DNA of 64,000 bases from a virus: IMG/VR virus record IMGVR_UViG_3300015263_001568, positions 16,100-80,099 of that record; one strand, written 5' to 3'. Shown piece by piece: positions 55,515 through 64,000 of the stretch. The notes beneath the pieces are model-generated. The model worked only from the letters and a program-made list of their open reading frames with translations. It had not been told where the DNA came from and did no database searches. Each line of letters opens with the position of its first letter. Position 1 is the stretch's first letter. The position numbers were made by a program, and so were the translations under genes.

Positions 55515-57866
55515 ATGGCAAACGTACCCCGACGTGGCGGAATTCAGACGCAGCTCATGGTCCAGAAAAATCTTGAAAAAGATATTGACTGGGCACGTAA
55601 GCTACAAGAGCAGGAAGAAGCTCAGCGTCTGAAGGATGAAGAAAAGGCCAAAAAGAAAGAAGAGAAGGAACGCCAAAAGGCGGAGAAAGGACCCGGGATG
55701 CTATCCAAGTTGTGGAAGAAGCTGAAGGGCTCTGCCGACCTAACACTCGACAACCTACGCCGCGCCTTCCCTAAGCTTTCCGCCGTCGATGCGGAGCGCC
55801 TCTTCGATGACATCCAAGACGCCCAGGACTCCGCAGAAGTGTTGGCCACGCTACAGTTCGCCAACCGGATGCTGGCAGGTCATGGCGTAGAAGGCATGCG
55901 GGCTGAAGGGGTCACGTTGGGCCAGCCCTACAACGACCAAGTAGCCCTCTACGTCAACATGGGCGACGACAGCGCGCAGACGCTCCTCTTTGGAACCGAG
56001 GACGGTCGCTGGTACCTGATGTCCTATGCGGACTTCGAGGGGCAACAGGGGTCTCAGGAGAGCCAGGAGAGGCACGCTGCGCGAGAAGCCTTCATCCACC
56101 AAAATCCAGACGGCATCTCGGTCGAGATGTTTGAAGACGATACACTCTGCTTGGTGCACCAAGCGGCTGACTTGGAAGACGCCGAGCTGATGGCTCAGGA
56201 ATGGGAAGCCTCTGGGATCCCCGAAGCGGACACACCACCATCATTGGAGTTCGAGGAATTCGAGGAAAACAACATGATACCTGCCAGCATTCGTTACCAC
56301 GGCGCGCGCTACGAGTTGGTCGAAGCCAAAGTCCAAGGATGGTTCGGCTTCCAGCAAGATCCCAAGACGCTCACCGAAATGTGGATTAACGCTCACAAGG
56401 ATGCTGACGTTGTAGGCGCTGTAGATGAAGCGTTCGGCTTATCCGGCATGAAGTCTACAGAAGCGAATCCACTGCGTGAGAAAATCATGCAGGTGGCAGC
56501 CATTCCCACCGAGATGGCCATGACGGCCATTTCCAAAGCGTTCGCCAAAGCGTCTCGGTTGCCCAATCCGTCGATGGCCAGCCAGCTCGACAAATATGGC
56601 GTGTCGATCAACCTGATTGACGATTCCATCGGCGTGGTCGGCGCCGCTGCTCTGTTGCAAGCGCTGGGCAAGGACGCTAGCCAATATGTGGCGGCTGCCA
56701 AGGATGCCATGGAAGAGTGGGTCGCCAGCTACGGTGAATTGTCGGCAAAGTCCGACAAGGTGAAGACGATCGACCCAATCAAGCTGACGCAGCAGTTCAA
56801 TGACGCCATCGACAGCGCGCTGCAAAAGTCCACCAAGGATGTGGAGAAGCGCCTGCAAGCGTTGAAGCCGGCTGGAGAAGCCAAGGCCGCTTCGTCGGAG
56901 CGCATCATGTACCGTGGTGCCGTGTACGTGCGCACGGCCGTCAGCTATTGGTTCGGCATGGACGACGAGATGGAACAGCACATGGGGATCGACGAAATCG
57001 AACTCCCCGATGGCGTTCCCGAGTTGTCCGCGGCAGACCAAGAAAAGTTGCGAGAATCCTACCGCGACAAGCTGCGCAGCTATGCACCGGATCCGGAGTT
57101 TTTCCTTGACGTGGTAAAAAGTGCCGTAGACCGCGCCCTCACGGCGATGTATGAAGAAGCAGGCGCAACCCCTTCGAAGCATTACCTGATTAAGAACATC
57201 GGCGATGACTATGCCCATGAGGAATGGTTCGGCTTCATCGGCGGTGTACCCGAGTACAACTTCAAGGACGAGTACGGCCCAGAATTGGAAGCGGACCTTG
57301 GGATGTCGGAGGAAGACATCTGGAGCGTGCTAGACAATGCTGCTGATGAAGGCGCCACTGCCGAAGCAGATGCGCTTGAAGAAGCTGTCTACGATGCGTT
57401 CAAGCAGGCAAAGGCTGATATTCTTGAAGAGGCCAAAGAAATGGCTTCGATGTCCGATGAAGATGAGGACGACGTCTATGAAGACCCGCGGCAGACCAAG
57501 CTGAAGTTCGAGGGTCGCGCAAAGTCCCGGCGAGTACGGCACGCTGCACCGGCTGGGTATGTGGTGGAAATGTTCGAGGAACGCCGTGATCCGGAAGAGC
57601 CGGAAGACTACGAACAGCTACAGTATGCTGAACCCCAGCATTACGACACGATCGCAGACATCGCGCGCGACTGGACTAAGGGAAACTGGGAGGGCCTGTG
57701 GCGTGAAGACATCGCAGAAATGACCGATGGAGTTGCCATCTATAGCTATTTGGACGAGGACTACCACTTGCCATACGATCGACATTACCAGTTGTTCATC
57801 ACGCGAGAAGATGGACAGCCGCTTTCAGAAGACGAGTACGACCAGATTGACAAAGCGTTCTCCTGA
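55515..57866 (+). CDS. Modular acidic polyprotein-like putative virion-internal protein
   Basis: 783 aa; two tag copies (IRYHGARY, IMYRGAVY); RHAA linkers; C-terminal domain duplicated in the next gene. Confidence 0.7.
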   Translation: MANVPRRGGIQTQLMVQKNLEKDIDWARKLQEQEEAQRLKDEEKAKKKEEKERQKAEKGPGMLSKLWKKLKGSADLTLDNLRRAFPKLSAVDAERLFDDIQDAQDSAEVLATLQFANRMLAGHGVEGMRAEGVTLGQPYNDQVALYVNMGDDSAQTLLFGTEDGRWYLMSYADFEGQQGSQESQERHAAREAFIHQNPDGISVEMFEDDTLCLVHQAADLEDAELMAQEWEASGIPEADTPPSLEFEEFEENNMIPASIRYHGARYELVEAKVQGWFGFQQDPKTLTEMWINAHKDADVVGAVDEAFGLSGMKSTEANPLREKIMQVAAIPTEMAMTAISKAFAKASRLPNPSMASQLDKYGVSINLIDDSIGVVGAAALLQALGKDASQYVAAAKDAMEEWVASYGELSAKSDKVKTIDPIKLTQQFNDAIDSALQKSTKDVEKRLQALKPAGEAKAASSERIMYRGAVYVRTAVSYWFGMDDEMEQHMGIDEIELPDGVPELSAADQEKLRESYRDKLRSYAPDPEFFLDVVKSAVDRALTAMYEEAGATPSKHYLIKNIGDDYAHEEWFGFIGGVPEYNFKDEYGPELEADLGMSEEDIWSVLDNAADEGATAEADALEEAVYDAFKQAKADILEEAKEMASMSDEDEDDVYEDPRQTKLKFEGRAKSRRVRHAAPAGYVVEMFEERRDPEEPEDYEQLQYAEPQHYDTIADIARDWTKGNWEGLWREDIAEMTDGVAIYSYLDEDYHLPYDRHYQLFITREDGQPLSEDEYDQIDKAFS

Positions 57867-57876
57867 GAGGCTCAAG

Positions 57877-58440
57877 ATGTACAAGCACATTCGCTACCAC
57901 GGCCGTCTGTACCAAGCTGTATCGAGCGGCTGGCTCTACGCCTTGATGCACAAGTACCCCGGCGCCTTTGACCTGTTGGAGCCCTACCTCGACAATCCAC
58001 CCACCGATGAAGTCGAGATCCAGCAGTTGACACAAGAAGCGCGCGACTGGCAGGAAGCGTGGGATGCTGGGCGTAAAAATGTGATCTGGCAGCCGCGCAC
58101 TTCACAAAAGTCTCGCCACGCTGCTTCTGGCTATTTGGTGGAGGTTGTCGAAGAGCGGCGCGATCTGGAAAATCCAGAAGACTACGAGCAAATTCAATAC
58201 ACCGATCCGGAACACTTCGACACCATCGAAGACATCATCGAAGTCTGGACTCGTGGAAACTGGGTTGGAATGTGGGGGCAAGACATCTTCGAGCAGAACG
58301 GCAATTTGGCTATCGTGAGCTACGATGCTGAAGACTATGGCCAGCCATACGTTAGTCACTTCATGATGTTCGTTGAGCGCGAAGACGGAAAGCCAATGTC
58401 TGACTCCGAGATGGTCCAGTTTGAAAAAGCCTTCTCCTGA
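57877..58440 (+). CDS. Two-module putative virion-internal protein (IRYHGRLY tag)
   Basis: GAGG RBS before ATG 57877; C-terminal module paralogous to the end of 55515..57866. Confidence 0.7.
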   Translation: MYKHIRYHGRLYQAVSSGWLYALMHKYPGAFDLLEPYLDNPPTDEVEIQQLTQEARDWQEAWDAGRKNVIWQPRTSQKSRHAASGYLVEVVEERRDLENPEDYEQIQYTDPEHFDTIEDIIEVWTRGNWVGMWGQDIFEQNGNLAIVSYDAEDYGQPYVSHFMMFVEREDGKPMSDSEMVQFEKAFS

Positions 58441-58451
58441 AAGGAAGCACG

Positions 58452-58769
58452 ATGAAAACTAAAAAGAAAGAACAGAAAGAGCGGCTTTACTCTGTGCGCT
58501 GCTCATACACTGTTGATGTGGTCGTAAGCGCCGCCAGTAGCGATGCCGCGCGAAAGGTTGCGGAGAAGCACGCCGCCGGATCTGAATATGACGCAGACAG
58601 AGAGCAAAAGAGCGGAAAATGGGTAGCGGAAACCGCAGTACAAATAGAGTCTCTACAGGAATTGCCAGCATCGTGGTACCCAGAGGATCAACCATACACA
58701 AAGTACGGAAATCCGTATGACCCTGAGTATCCATACAGTGAGCCTACAATCGAAGAATACCTAAAGTGA
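58452..58769 (+). CDS. Hypothetical protein (paralog of the N-terminal module of 58782..59471)
   Basis: AAGGA RBS; LYSVRC...DQPY...TIEEYL. Confidence 0.65.
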   Translation: MKTKKKEQKERLYSVRCSYTVDVVVSAASSDAARKVAEKHAAGSEYDADREQKSGKWVAETAVQIESLQELPASWYPEDQPYTKYGNPYDPEYPYSEPTIEEYLK

Positions 58770-58781
58770 TAGATACCTGCT

Positions 58782-59471
58782 ATGCCACTCTACGACGTTG
58801 AATGCACAGTTTCGATTCATCTTGTGGTGGAGTCTGCCAATATTGGCGCTGCTAAGGAAATTGCGGTGCAATCTGCCGAGACTGAATATGATGATCTACG
58901 TGTCGTAGACTGGTACGTCAGTGGTGCGCATCGTATTCGTGGCGCTAGCGATATTGGGCCTACCTGGAACATGGGTGACCAGCCCTATGATCGCCCTGGT
59001 GGGTACAAGTCTGAAAATACCATTGGCGAGATTTTGGGAAGAAGGTCTGCACACTATCGTCGCGCCGCGGATGACCCCTACGGTCAAGGTCTCGACCTGA
59101 AAAATCTGGAAGGTGAAAAGGGCGGACCCGCCACCACACCAGGATTTTATGGCCGCTATCCAGCCATCATGGATGCACTGTCCAATGCGTGGGTGGAGCT
59201 TGAAGCTGTACAGCATCCGGCCATGGATTGGTCGGAATTCGAGAAGCGCTACATGCTGAAAATCCGGCAGCTGGATGACGTCATCGAAGCCGGATCTGCG
59301 GATGCTCTCAAAGGTCGCCTCGTACCGTACTTGGTGGCGATGGGATATGATAAAGACGCAGCTGCACGTGTTGAACCGGAAGTCATCGACTTTGTAGAGA
59401 CGCTGAAGACGGAGGAAGCCACCGAACGCGAGCGTGACGAATACGAATATCTCAAGGACATGGGGAGATGA
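58782..59471 (+). CDS. Two-module hypothetical protein
   Basis: LYDVEC...DQPY...TIGEIL, then an RRAA linker and an acidic module. Confidence 0.65.
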   Translation: MPLYDVECTVSIHLVVESANIGAAKEIAVQSAETEYDDLRVVDWYVSGAHRIRGASDIGPTWNMGDQPYDRPGGYKSENTIGEILGRRSAHYRRAADDPYGQGLDLKNLEGEKGGPATTPGFYGRYPAIMDALSNAWVELEAVQHPAMDWSEFEKRYMLKIRQLDDVIEAGSADALKGRLVPYLVAMGYDKDAAARVEPEVIDFVETLKTEEATERERDEYEYLKDMGR

Positions 59472-60223
59472 CACTCACCCTCAGCATGGCGCTTTTGATG
59501 GTCCTCTGCATCTACGCCATCAAGTGGCTCGGCGCACGACAGCAAGCATCGCACCTACCACATTTGCTGGTGCTGGGTAGCTTTGGTAGCATTCTATTGT
59601 TAGGCGTGCTGGCGTTGACGTTCATCTACGACCGTTACGAGCAGACGGATAAAGAGCGCATCGGTGCCGTGAAAAAAGCAGTGGTCAAGTCACCGTGTCC
59701 GCAATATGGGCAGGTGGCTATCAAGTACCGTGGACAGACATGGTGCACGGATGAGATGCAAGTCACGCATCTCAAAAATGGCCAAGTTAGTCTGCTGCTC
59801 ACACCCTCAGGTAGCCCACCTGACGCCACCTTGTTCAAGCTGAACATTGCACGCAACAAGCCGCCACACCTTCAGGGTATAGCGGCTGCTGAACCAGAGC
59901 GCAAAGACCGCTCGGGCTTGCTGAATCGCTACGCTGAGATTGTGTACTTCTTGGCGTTGGTGCTGGGCGTGCTTAGTAGCTTCTACATGAGCTGGTACGA
60001 AGAGCGCAAGAAAAATCCCGAACTGAAATTTGACCACAACCAAGTTGTTGTGTCGTTCATTCTAGCCGTGTTGGTGTACGTCAGCGTCTACAGTACCATC
60101 GAGAAGGACAAGGGCATTGCCACAACCGGATTGTTGGCTTGCTTTCAGAACGGGTTTTTCTGGCAATCCATCATGAAAAACCGTATGGGCGGCGAGTCTA
60201 AAGAAGAAGGAAAGGCAGCGTGA
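59468..60223 (+). CDS. Multi-pass membrane protein
   Basis: At least four long hydrophobic segments. Confidence 0.7.
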   Translation: MTLTLSMALLMVLCIYAIKWLGARQQASHLPHLLVLGSFGSILLLGVLALTFIYDRYEQTDKERIGAVKKAVVKSPCPQYGQVAIKYRGQTWCTDEMQVTHLKNGQVSLLLTPSGSPPDATLFKLNIARNKPPHLQGIAAAEPERKDRSGLLNRYAEIVYFLALVLGVLSSFYMSWYEERKKNPELKFDHNQVVVSFILAVLVYVSVYSTIEKDKGIATTGLLACFQNGFFWQSIMKNRMGGESKEEGKAA

Positions 60224-60543
60224 TGAAAAAGCACACTATCATGGTCAACGGACATCGCTACGTTAGTTCTGCGTATGATTCCCTCGGTGACGTAGTAATG
60301 GACATTTTTGTTTACCTCACAGAAGAGGAATTAGAAAAAGTCGCACGCAAATGGGCGGCTAGCATAGCAGACATTGAAATTGTGATGTTTGAATGGATGG
60401 ACCAGCACCGCAGTGGGGCAAACGACCTGTTCGACATCCTCCGCGAAGTGCTTACTAGCAGACGCCGTAAAGAAATCTTGGAGCGCTCCAATATTTCTGA
60501 GTACAGCGCCGACCTACCGCAGCAATTTTTGCACAAACCGTAG
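60223..60543 (+). CDS. Putative virion-internal protein (IMVNGHRY tag)
   Basis: Coupled start; shared motif. Confidence 0.65.
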   Translation: MKKHTIMVNGHRYVSSAYDSLGDVVMDIFVYLTEEELEKVARKWAASIADIEIVMFEWMDQHRSGANDLFDILREVLTSRRRKEILERSNISEYSADLPQQFLHKP

Positions 60544-60549
60544 GTAGTT

Positions 60550-60972
60550 ATGGCTGATCCAGTTAGCATTGGCACGTTGTTGGCCGCTCTAGCCGCCGGT
60601 GGAAGTGCTGGCGTCGCCGCGCTGCGAAAACCAGAAGCGGCATTACCCCAAGCACCTCTTGAGCAAATCGCGCTCGTCAACGATACCGTCCTGCACTTCA
60701 AGAGCATTTTCCAAAGCCTGACCAACGAGGAAGTGGCGGCTACGGTGAAGGCTGTGGAGCGCATTGCGGAAATCGTAAACCGTGAGGACCCCGACAATCC
60801 TGGACAGAAATTGGTCTGGAAGTCAACGTCCATGCAGAAAATTCTGCGGCAAATGGCGGAAAACGACGAGCAGCAAACGCGCATCTTGAAGTCGCTTGCT
60901 GATTCCGTATCCGCCATTAATGAACGCCTACAATACCTAGAGATTTTCGTCAAAATGCAGCAGGGCAAGTAG
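60550..60972 (+). CDS. N-terminally anchored coiled-coil protein (possible lysis/holin-like)
   Basis: Hydrophobic N-terminus (IGTLLAALAAGGSAGVAAL) followed by coiled coil. Confidence 0.5.
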   Translation: MADPVSIGTLLAALAAGGSAGVAALRKPEAALPQAPLEQIALVNDTVLHFKSIFQSLTNEEVAATVKAVERIAEIVNREDPDNPGQKLVWKSTSMQKILRQMAENDEQQTRILKSLADSVSAINERLQYLEIFVKMQQGK

Positions 60973-60973
60973 A

Positions 60974-61399
60974 ATGGCGAAAGCACCTCCTGGACCGCTG
61001 AGTGAAACCGCAGCCCAGCCCGTTGGCATGATGGAAATGATCGACTCGGAAATTGCAGAACGGCGTGCCATCAAATATGCCGAATGCAACAACGATGAGA
61101 TGCTGCACGCTGTCAACGGTCGCGGACGTCTGCTGAACGCGTTACTTCAGCAGACCACCAATTTGAGAAAAATCACGACTGCCAGCATGCCGAAAATATC
61201 AGCGGACATGGCAGTGCGCTTAAAGAGTGCCTTCGAGGCCGCAGACGCGAAGAAGGCGGAAGACGTCACACTGGACACGTTGGAAGCTAGCGTGACGCAC
61301 ATTCATGAAACGGTAACTCAAACATCATCCGACGACGATTTTCAAGAGCAGCTGTCCGCCCTGAAGCGTGATGCTGCATTGGCAGAAGAAAGCGAATGA
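60974..61399 (+). CDS. Hypothetical protein
   Basis: 141 aa; coupled to next gene. Confidence 0.6.
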   Translation: MAKAPPGPLSETAAQPVGMMEMIDSEIAERRAIKYAECNNDEMLHAVNGRGRLLNALLQQTTNLRKITTASMPKISADMAVRLKSAFEAADAKKAEDVTLDTLEASVTHIHETVTQTSSDDDFQEQLSALKRDAALAEESE

Positions 61400-61974
61400 A
61401 ACGCATTGCTCGCATACGCCATTGTCGCGACGAAGACCTAGACCCGCATCATGAGCTGCCGGTGGAAGATCAGCGGTGGTGTCTCTACAGTGATGATGGA
61501 AAGACATTGCGCGGGCGGCATAAAAATCGCCGTGATGCTAAAGACCAGGATCGCAACCTGCGAGGAAGATGGGGCATGAAAAAGACCAGCGTTACCGATC
61601 CACGCAAAGCCATTGCTGACAATGTAAAAGCCATTTCAGCTGATATTTTCAAGAGCACAAAGCGCATCGATGCCGACATCGGAGGCATGGTCACACTGGT
61701 GAAGCAATTTCCCAAGGCCATTACCGATGCGGAAAAGAAGCAGCTGGTAGAGGCACACAATGTCCTTCAGGATGCCATGGACAAGCTGGAACAGAGTGCG
61801 CAGCAGCATGAAGAAATATCCGTTACGTTAAGCAATACTCCAGCTCCAGCTGTGCAGGATGATGGTAATGGTACTGTGGAACAGAAGGCTGCCAGCTGGA
61901 AGCGTCGTCCAGTGCGCCGACCTGCACCTGAAATGATCCGCGTCAACGGCGCAATCTACCGTCGTCTGCGCTAG
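61396..61974 (+). CDS. Modular protein (WCLYxxDGK module, helical module, C-terminal IRVNGAIY tag)
   Basis: N-terminal module recurs inside the 62389 ORF. Confidence 0.65.
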   Translation: MKRIARIRHCRDEDLDPHHELPVEDQRWCLYSDDGKTLRGRHKNRRDAKDQDRNLRGRWGMKKTSVTDPRKAIADNVKAISADIFKSTKRIDADIGGMVTLVKQFPKAITDAEKKQLVEAHNVLQDAMDKLEQSAQQHEEISVTLSNTPAPAVQDDGNGTVEQKAASWKRRPVRRPAPEMIRVNGAIYRRLR

Positions 61975-61983
61975 GAGTACGAT

Positions 61984-62382
61984 ATGCACCCTCGAACAAT
62001 CAAGCACCAGGGCAAGGTTTACGTTCTCGATCGCAAGGCAACGGCGAAGCTTCGTCGCAAAGCCGCTACATCGGAGGAAGTTCTTGATGAGCTTCTAGCT
62101 GAAGTACGCGATGCCAGCGATAAACTTCACGGACGCAAGGACAAGGACAGCCTTGTGGATGGCATCGAGTTCCTGAAAAACGCAGTGGATAATACCACTA
62201 GCAGTATTCAGGAGATTATTGACGAGGCTGAGCGATATATCTCTGACCTAGAAGACGCGTCGGATGCTCTGGACAATCTGTTGTTCGATCTTAGTTCCGA
62301 CGACGTGTTCGACTTCAATGACCCTGACGACGTAATTGACGTGCAGGATCAAGCTTACGATGCGGTAGAGAAGTTTGGGTAG
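61984..62382 (+). CDS. Acidic helical protein with IKHQGKVY tag
   Basis: AGGAG RBS; tag then RRKAA linker. Confidence 0.65.
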   Translation: MHPRTIKHQGKVYVLDRKATAKLRRKAATSEEVLDELLAEVRDASDKLHGRKDKDSLVDGIEFLKNAVDNTTSSIQEIIDEAERYISDLEDASDALDNLLFDLSSDDVFDFNDPDDVIDVQDQAYDAVEKFG

Positions 62383-62388
62383 GTTGAC

Positions 62389-64000
62389 ATGCTATTCAAC
62401 CTGTCTGATATTGGCGTTCCGGAAGCTGAGCAGCTCAGCTGGCTCACCGATATCTTTGCGTCATATCGAGAGCTGACCTACCAGTCGTCGATTCCAAGTG
62501 CGTTTGACATGCTGTACGAAAATGCGCTGGACAAGAATTTTGACCGGCGTGTTGATGTTCCAGCTTCAGACCTACACACGTTGGAGGCCGCGATACGAGA
62601 TGCGCTTTCCAACCGTGAACTTAGTCTGGATGAAGCATGGGATGTGGTGCAGACCGCTGAAAATTCCGATTATCCCGTGTACGATCCGCAAACGCTACGC
62701 GATGCTGAAGAGCTGTTGCAGGCAGGTGACGACCCCTCCTATTTTGGAGAATTTCAAGGCCCCCTAGACAAGCTCACCAAGCTTCTACGGCAGCACAGCG
62801 GATCCACCATCCGCACCGCGGTTATCAAGAAGTGTCGGAAGCAAGACATGGATGACCGTCCTGCCAGTGAGCAAAAATGGTGCCTCTATACCCATGACGG
62901 CAAAAAGCTACTTGGACGGCATCCAACAGAAGAAGCCGCTAAAAAGCAAGAGCGCGCCATTCACGTGCACAAAGGGTTTTTGAACGAAGGAGAAAAAATG
63001 CGGACAAAACATGCCGGCTACGATACCGATGAGTCGGTCGCCGACGAGCTGAAGCTGTACATGGATAACGAATCGGACCTGTATGACAACAAGTTGCGTT
63101 CCATCTATCCTGGTCTGGTGCGCAAGCTCGCCGCAGGACGTTACAACTCGGAGATGGCTGTGGCTGCCTTTGCCTATTTGGTAGAGCGCGGAGCTAAGAA
63201 GTACGCGCGCGAGTTCGGCACTTCTGAGCGTGAGTGGAGCCAAATGTTCCCCAAGAACATTCGCCAGATGGTAGCTACTGAGTACCGCGACGAATTTGAA
63301 TCAGAGGTCCGGAATCACGAGTACGATTTCGAGCAGTGGGTGCCGAAAAAGTACCAAGGTGTTGACTTGGCCGACATGTTGAAAAAGCGGTCTGATCTTA
63401 CAAAAGGTGCAACAATGCGAGAGCGAACGGCAAAGAAGTGGAAGTCTCTTCCTCGTGGGTGGAACAAGGAATCCATGAAGGATTATTGGGACAGCGTTGG
63501 TGGTAGCGTGAGCAAGTGTGTCAAGGGGCTGGAAGGTACCGACATCGATGACCCAGGTGCTTTTTGCGCCAGTCTCAAGGACCGCCTAGAAGGTTCAGGC
63601 TGGCGGCACGAGAAGCGCTCCAGTGCCGCACCGAAGTACATTAAGGTGGCTGGTCGCATCTACGTAGCGGAAGGCGGTCCCATTGATGCATCCGACCACT
63701 TCGATCAGCGCAAAATGGACGAAGAAGTCGTACAGTGGGCCTGTGACGACGACGTGCTGGATTACGACGGCAACATGGCGCTCAATCTGTCGACCGAGCT
63801 GAGTAGCTACGGCTATTCCGGTCGCGACGTGTACAACTTGTTGGAAGGCGTTGGTCATGATCTTCCGGAATTCGGCAGTGACGAATGGGAAGATATGGCT
63901 AACGACTTCCTCGGTTACCCGGAGCAGTACCTCTCGGCGGATAAGCTCACCCAGAATTCCGCACTTCCATCTGGTAGCTATGCTTTCGGATGGGACCACA
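62389..64000 (+). CDS. Modular polyprotein-like ORF (partial, runs off window end; absent from ORF track)
   Basis: Manual translation from ATG 62389 (MLFNLSDIG...) has no stop to base 64000; modules separated by IRTA, RTKHA, RERTA, EKRSSAA; contains the IKVAGRIY tag. Confidence 0.75.
   Translation, partial: MLFNLSDIGVPEAEQLSWLTDIFASYRELTYQSSIPSAFDMLYENALDKNFDRRVDVPASDLHTLEAAIRDALSNRELSLDEAWDVVQTAENSDYPVYDPQTLRDAEELLQAGDDPSYFGEFQGPLDKLTKLLRQHSGSTIRTAVIKKCRKQDMDDRPASEQKWCLYTHDGKKLLGRHPTEEAAKKQERAIHVHKGFLNEGEKMRTKHAGYDTDESVADELKLYMDNESDLYDNKLRSIYPGLVRKLAAGRYNSEMAVAAFAYLVERGAKKYAREFGTSEREWSQMFPKNIRQMVATEYRDEFESEVRNHEYDFEQWVPKKYQGVDLADMLKKRSDLTKGATMRERTAKKWKSLPRGWNKESMKDYWDSVGGSVSKCVKGLEGTDIDDPGAFCASLKDRLEGSGWRHEKRSSAAPKYIKVAGRIYVAEGGPIDASDHFDQRKMDEEVVQWACDDDVLDYDGNMALNLSTELSSYGYSGRDVYNLLEGVGHDLPEFGSDEWEDMANDFLGYPEQYLSADKLTQNSALPSGSYAFGWDH

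Noticed and set aside
1-64000. Eukaryotic or archaeal virus origin suggested by histone, AT-hooks and NLS-like tags
   Set aside because: SD sites, coupled operons, intrinsic terminators, sigma70, DnaG/DnaB/DnaX/RecA and an HK97-type capsid indicate a bacteriophage.
1-64000. Stop-codon reassignment
   Set aside because: Conserved genes are full length in the standard code, and TAA, TAG and TGA all terminate genes at coupled junctions.

Overview
A gene-dense 64-kb segment of a large tailed dsDNA bacteriophage, probably a jumbo-type phage. The bacterial host is indicated by Shine-Dalgarno sites, intrinsic terminators and a sigma70-family gene. The window encodes most of a bacterial-style replication and recombination toolkit: ATP-dependent ligase, SbcCD, DnaX clamp loader, beta-clamp, RecA, gp32-like SSB, DnaG, DnaB plus a degenerate loader, SF2 and UvrD helicases, a 5'-3' exonuclease, RuvC and a Cas4-like nuclease. 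It also carries a class II ribonucleotide reductase with three inteins, a KH RNA-binding protein, putative neck/baseplate genes, and the head operon (decoration-like protein plus major capsid protein). Three observations stand out. (1) A possible phage chromatin kit: a bacterial-type histone with a long Lys-rich N-terminal tail, in frame behind an HNH nuclease but with its own RBS, an HMGA-like multi-AT-hook protein, and two proteins with very long D/E tracts. (2) A block of modular polyprotein-like ORFs after the capsid gene that share a short I-x-[YVH]-x-G-x-x-Y tag and basic-x-Ala linkers, possibly a capsid cargo-loading and processing system. (3) A ~210-nt highly structured capsid-operon leader with repeated unpaired CAACATCA motifs. 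No tRNA, rRNA, CRISPR array or DNA polymerase was recognised. All calls come from reading motifs by eye; no searches were run.
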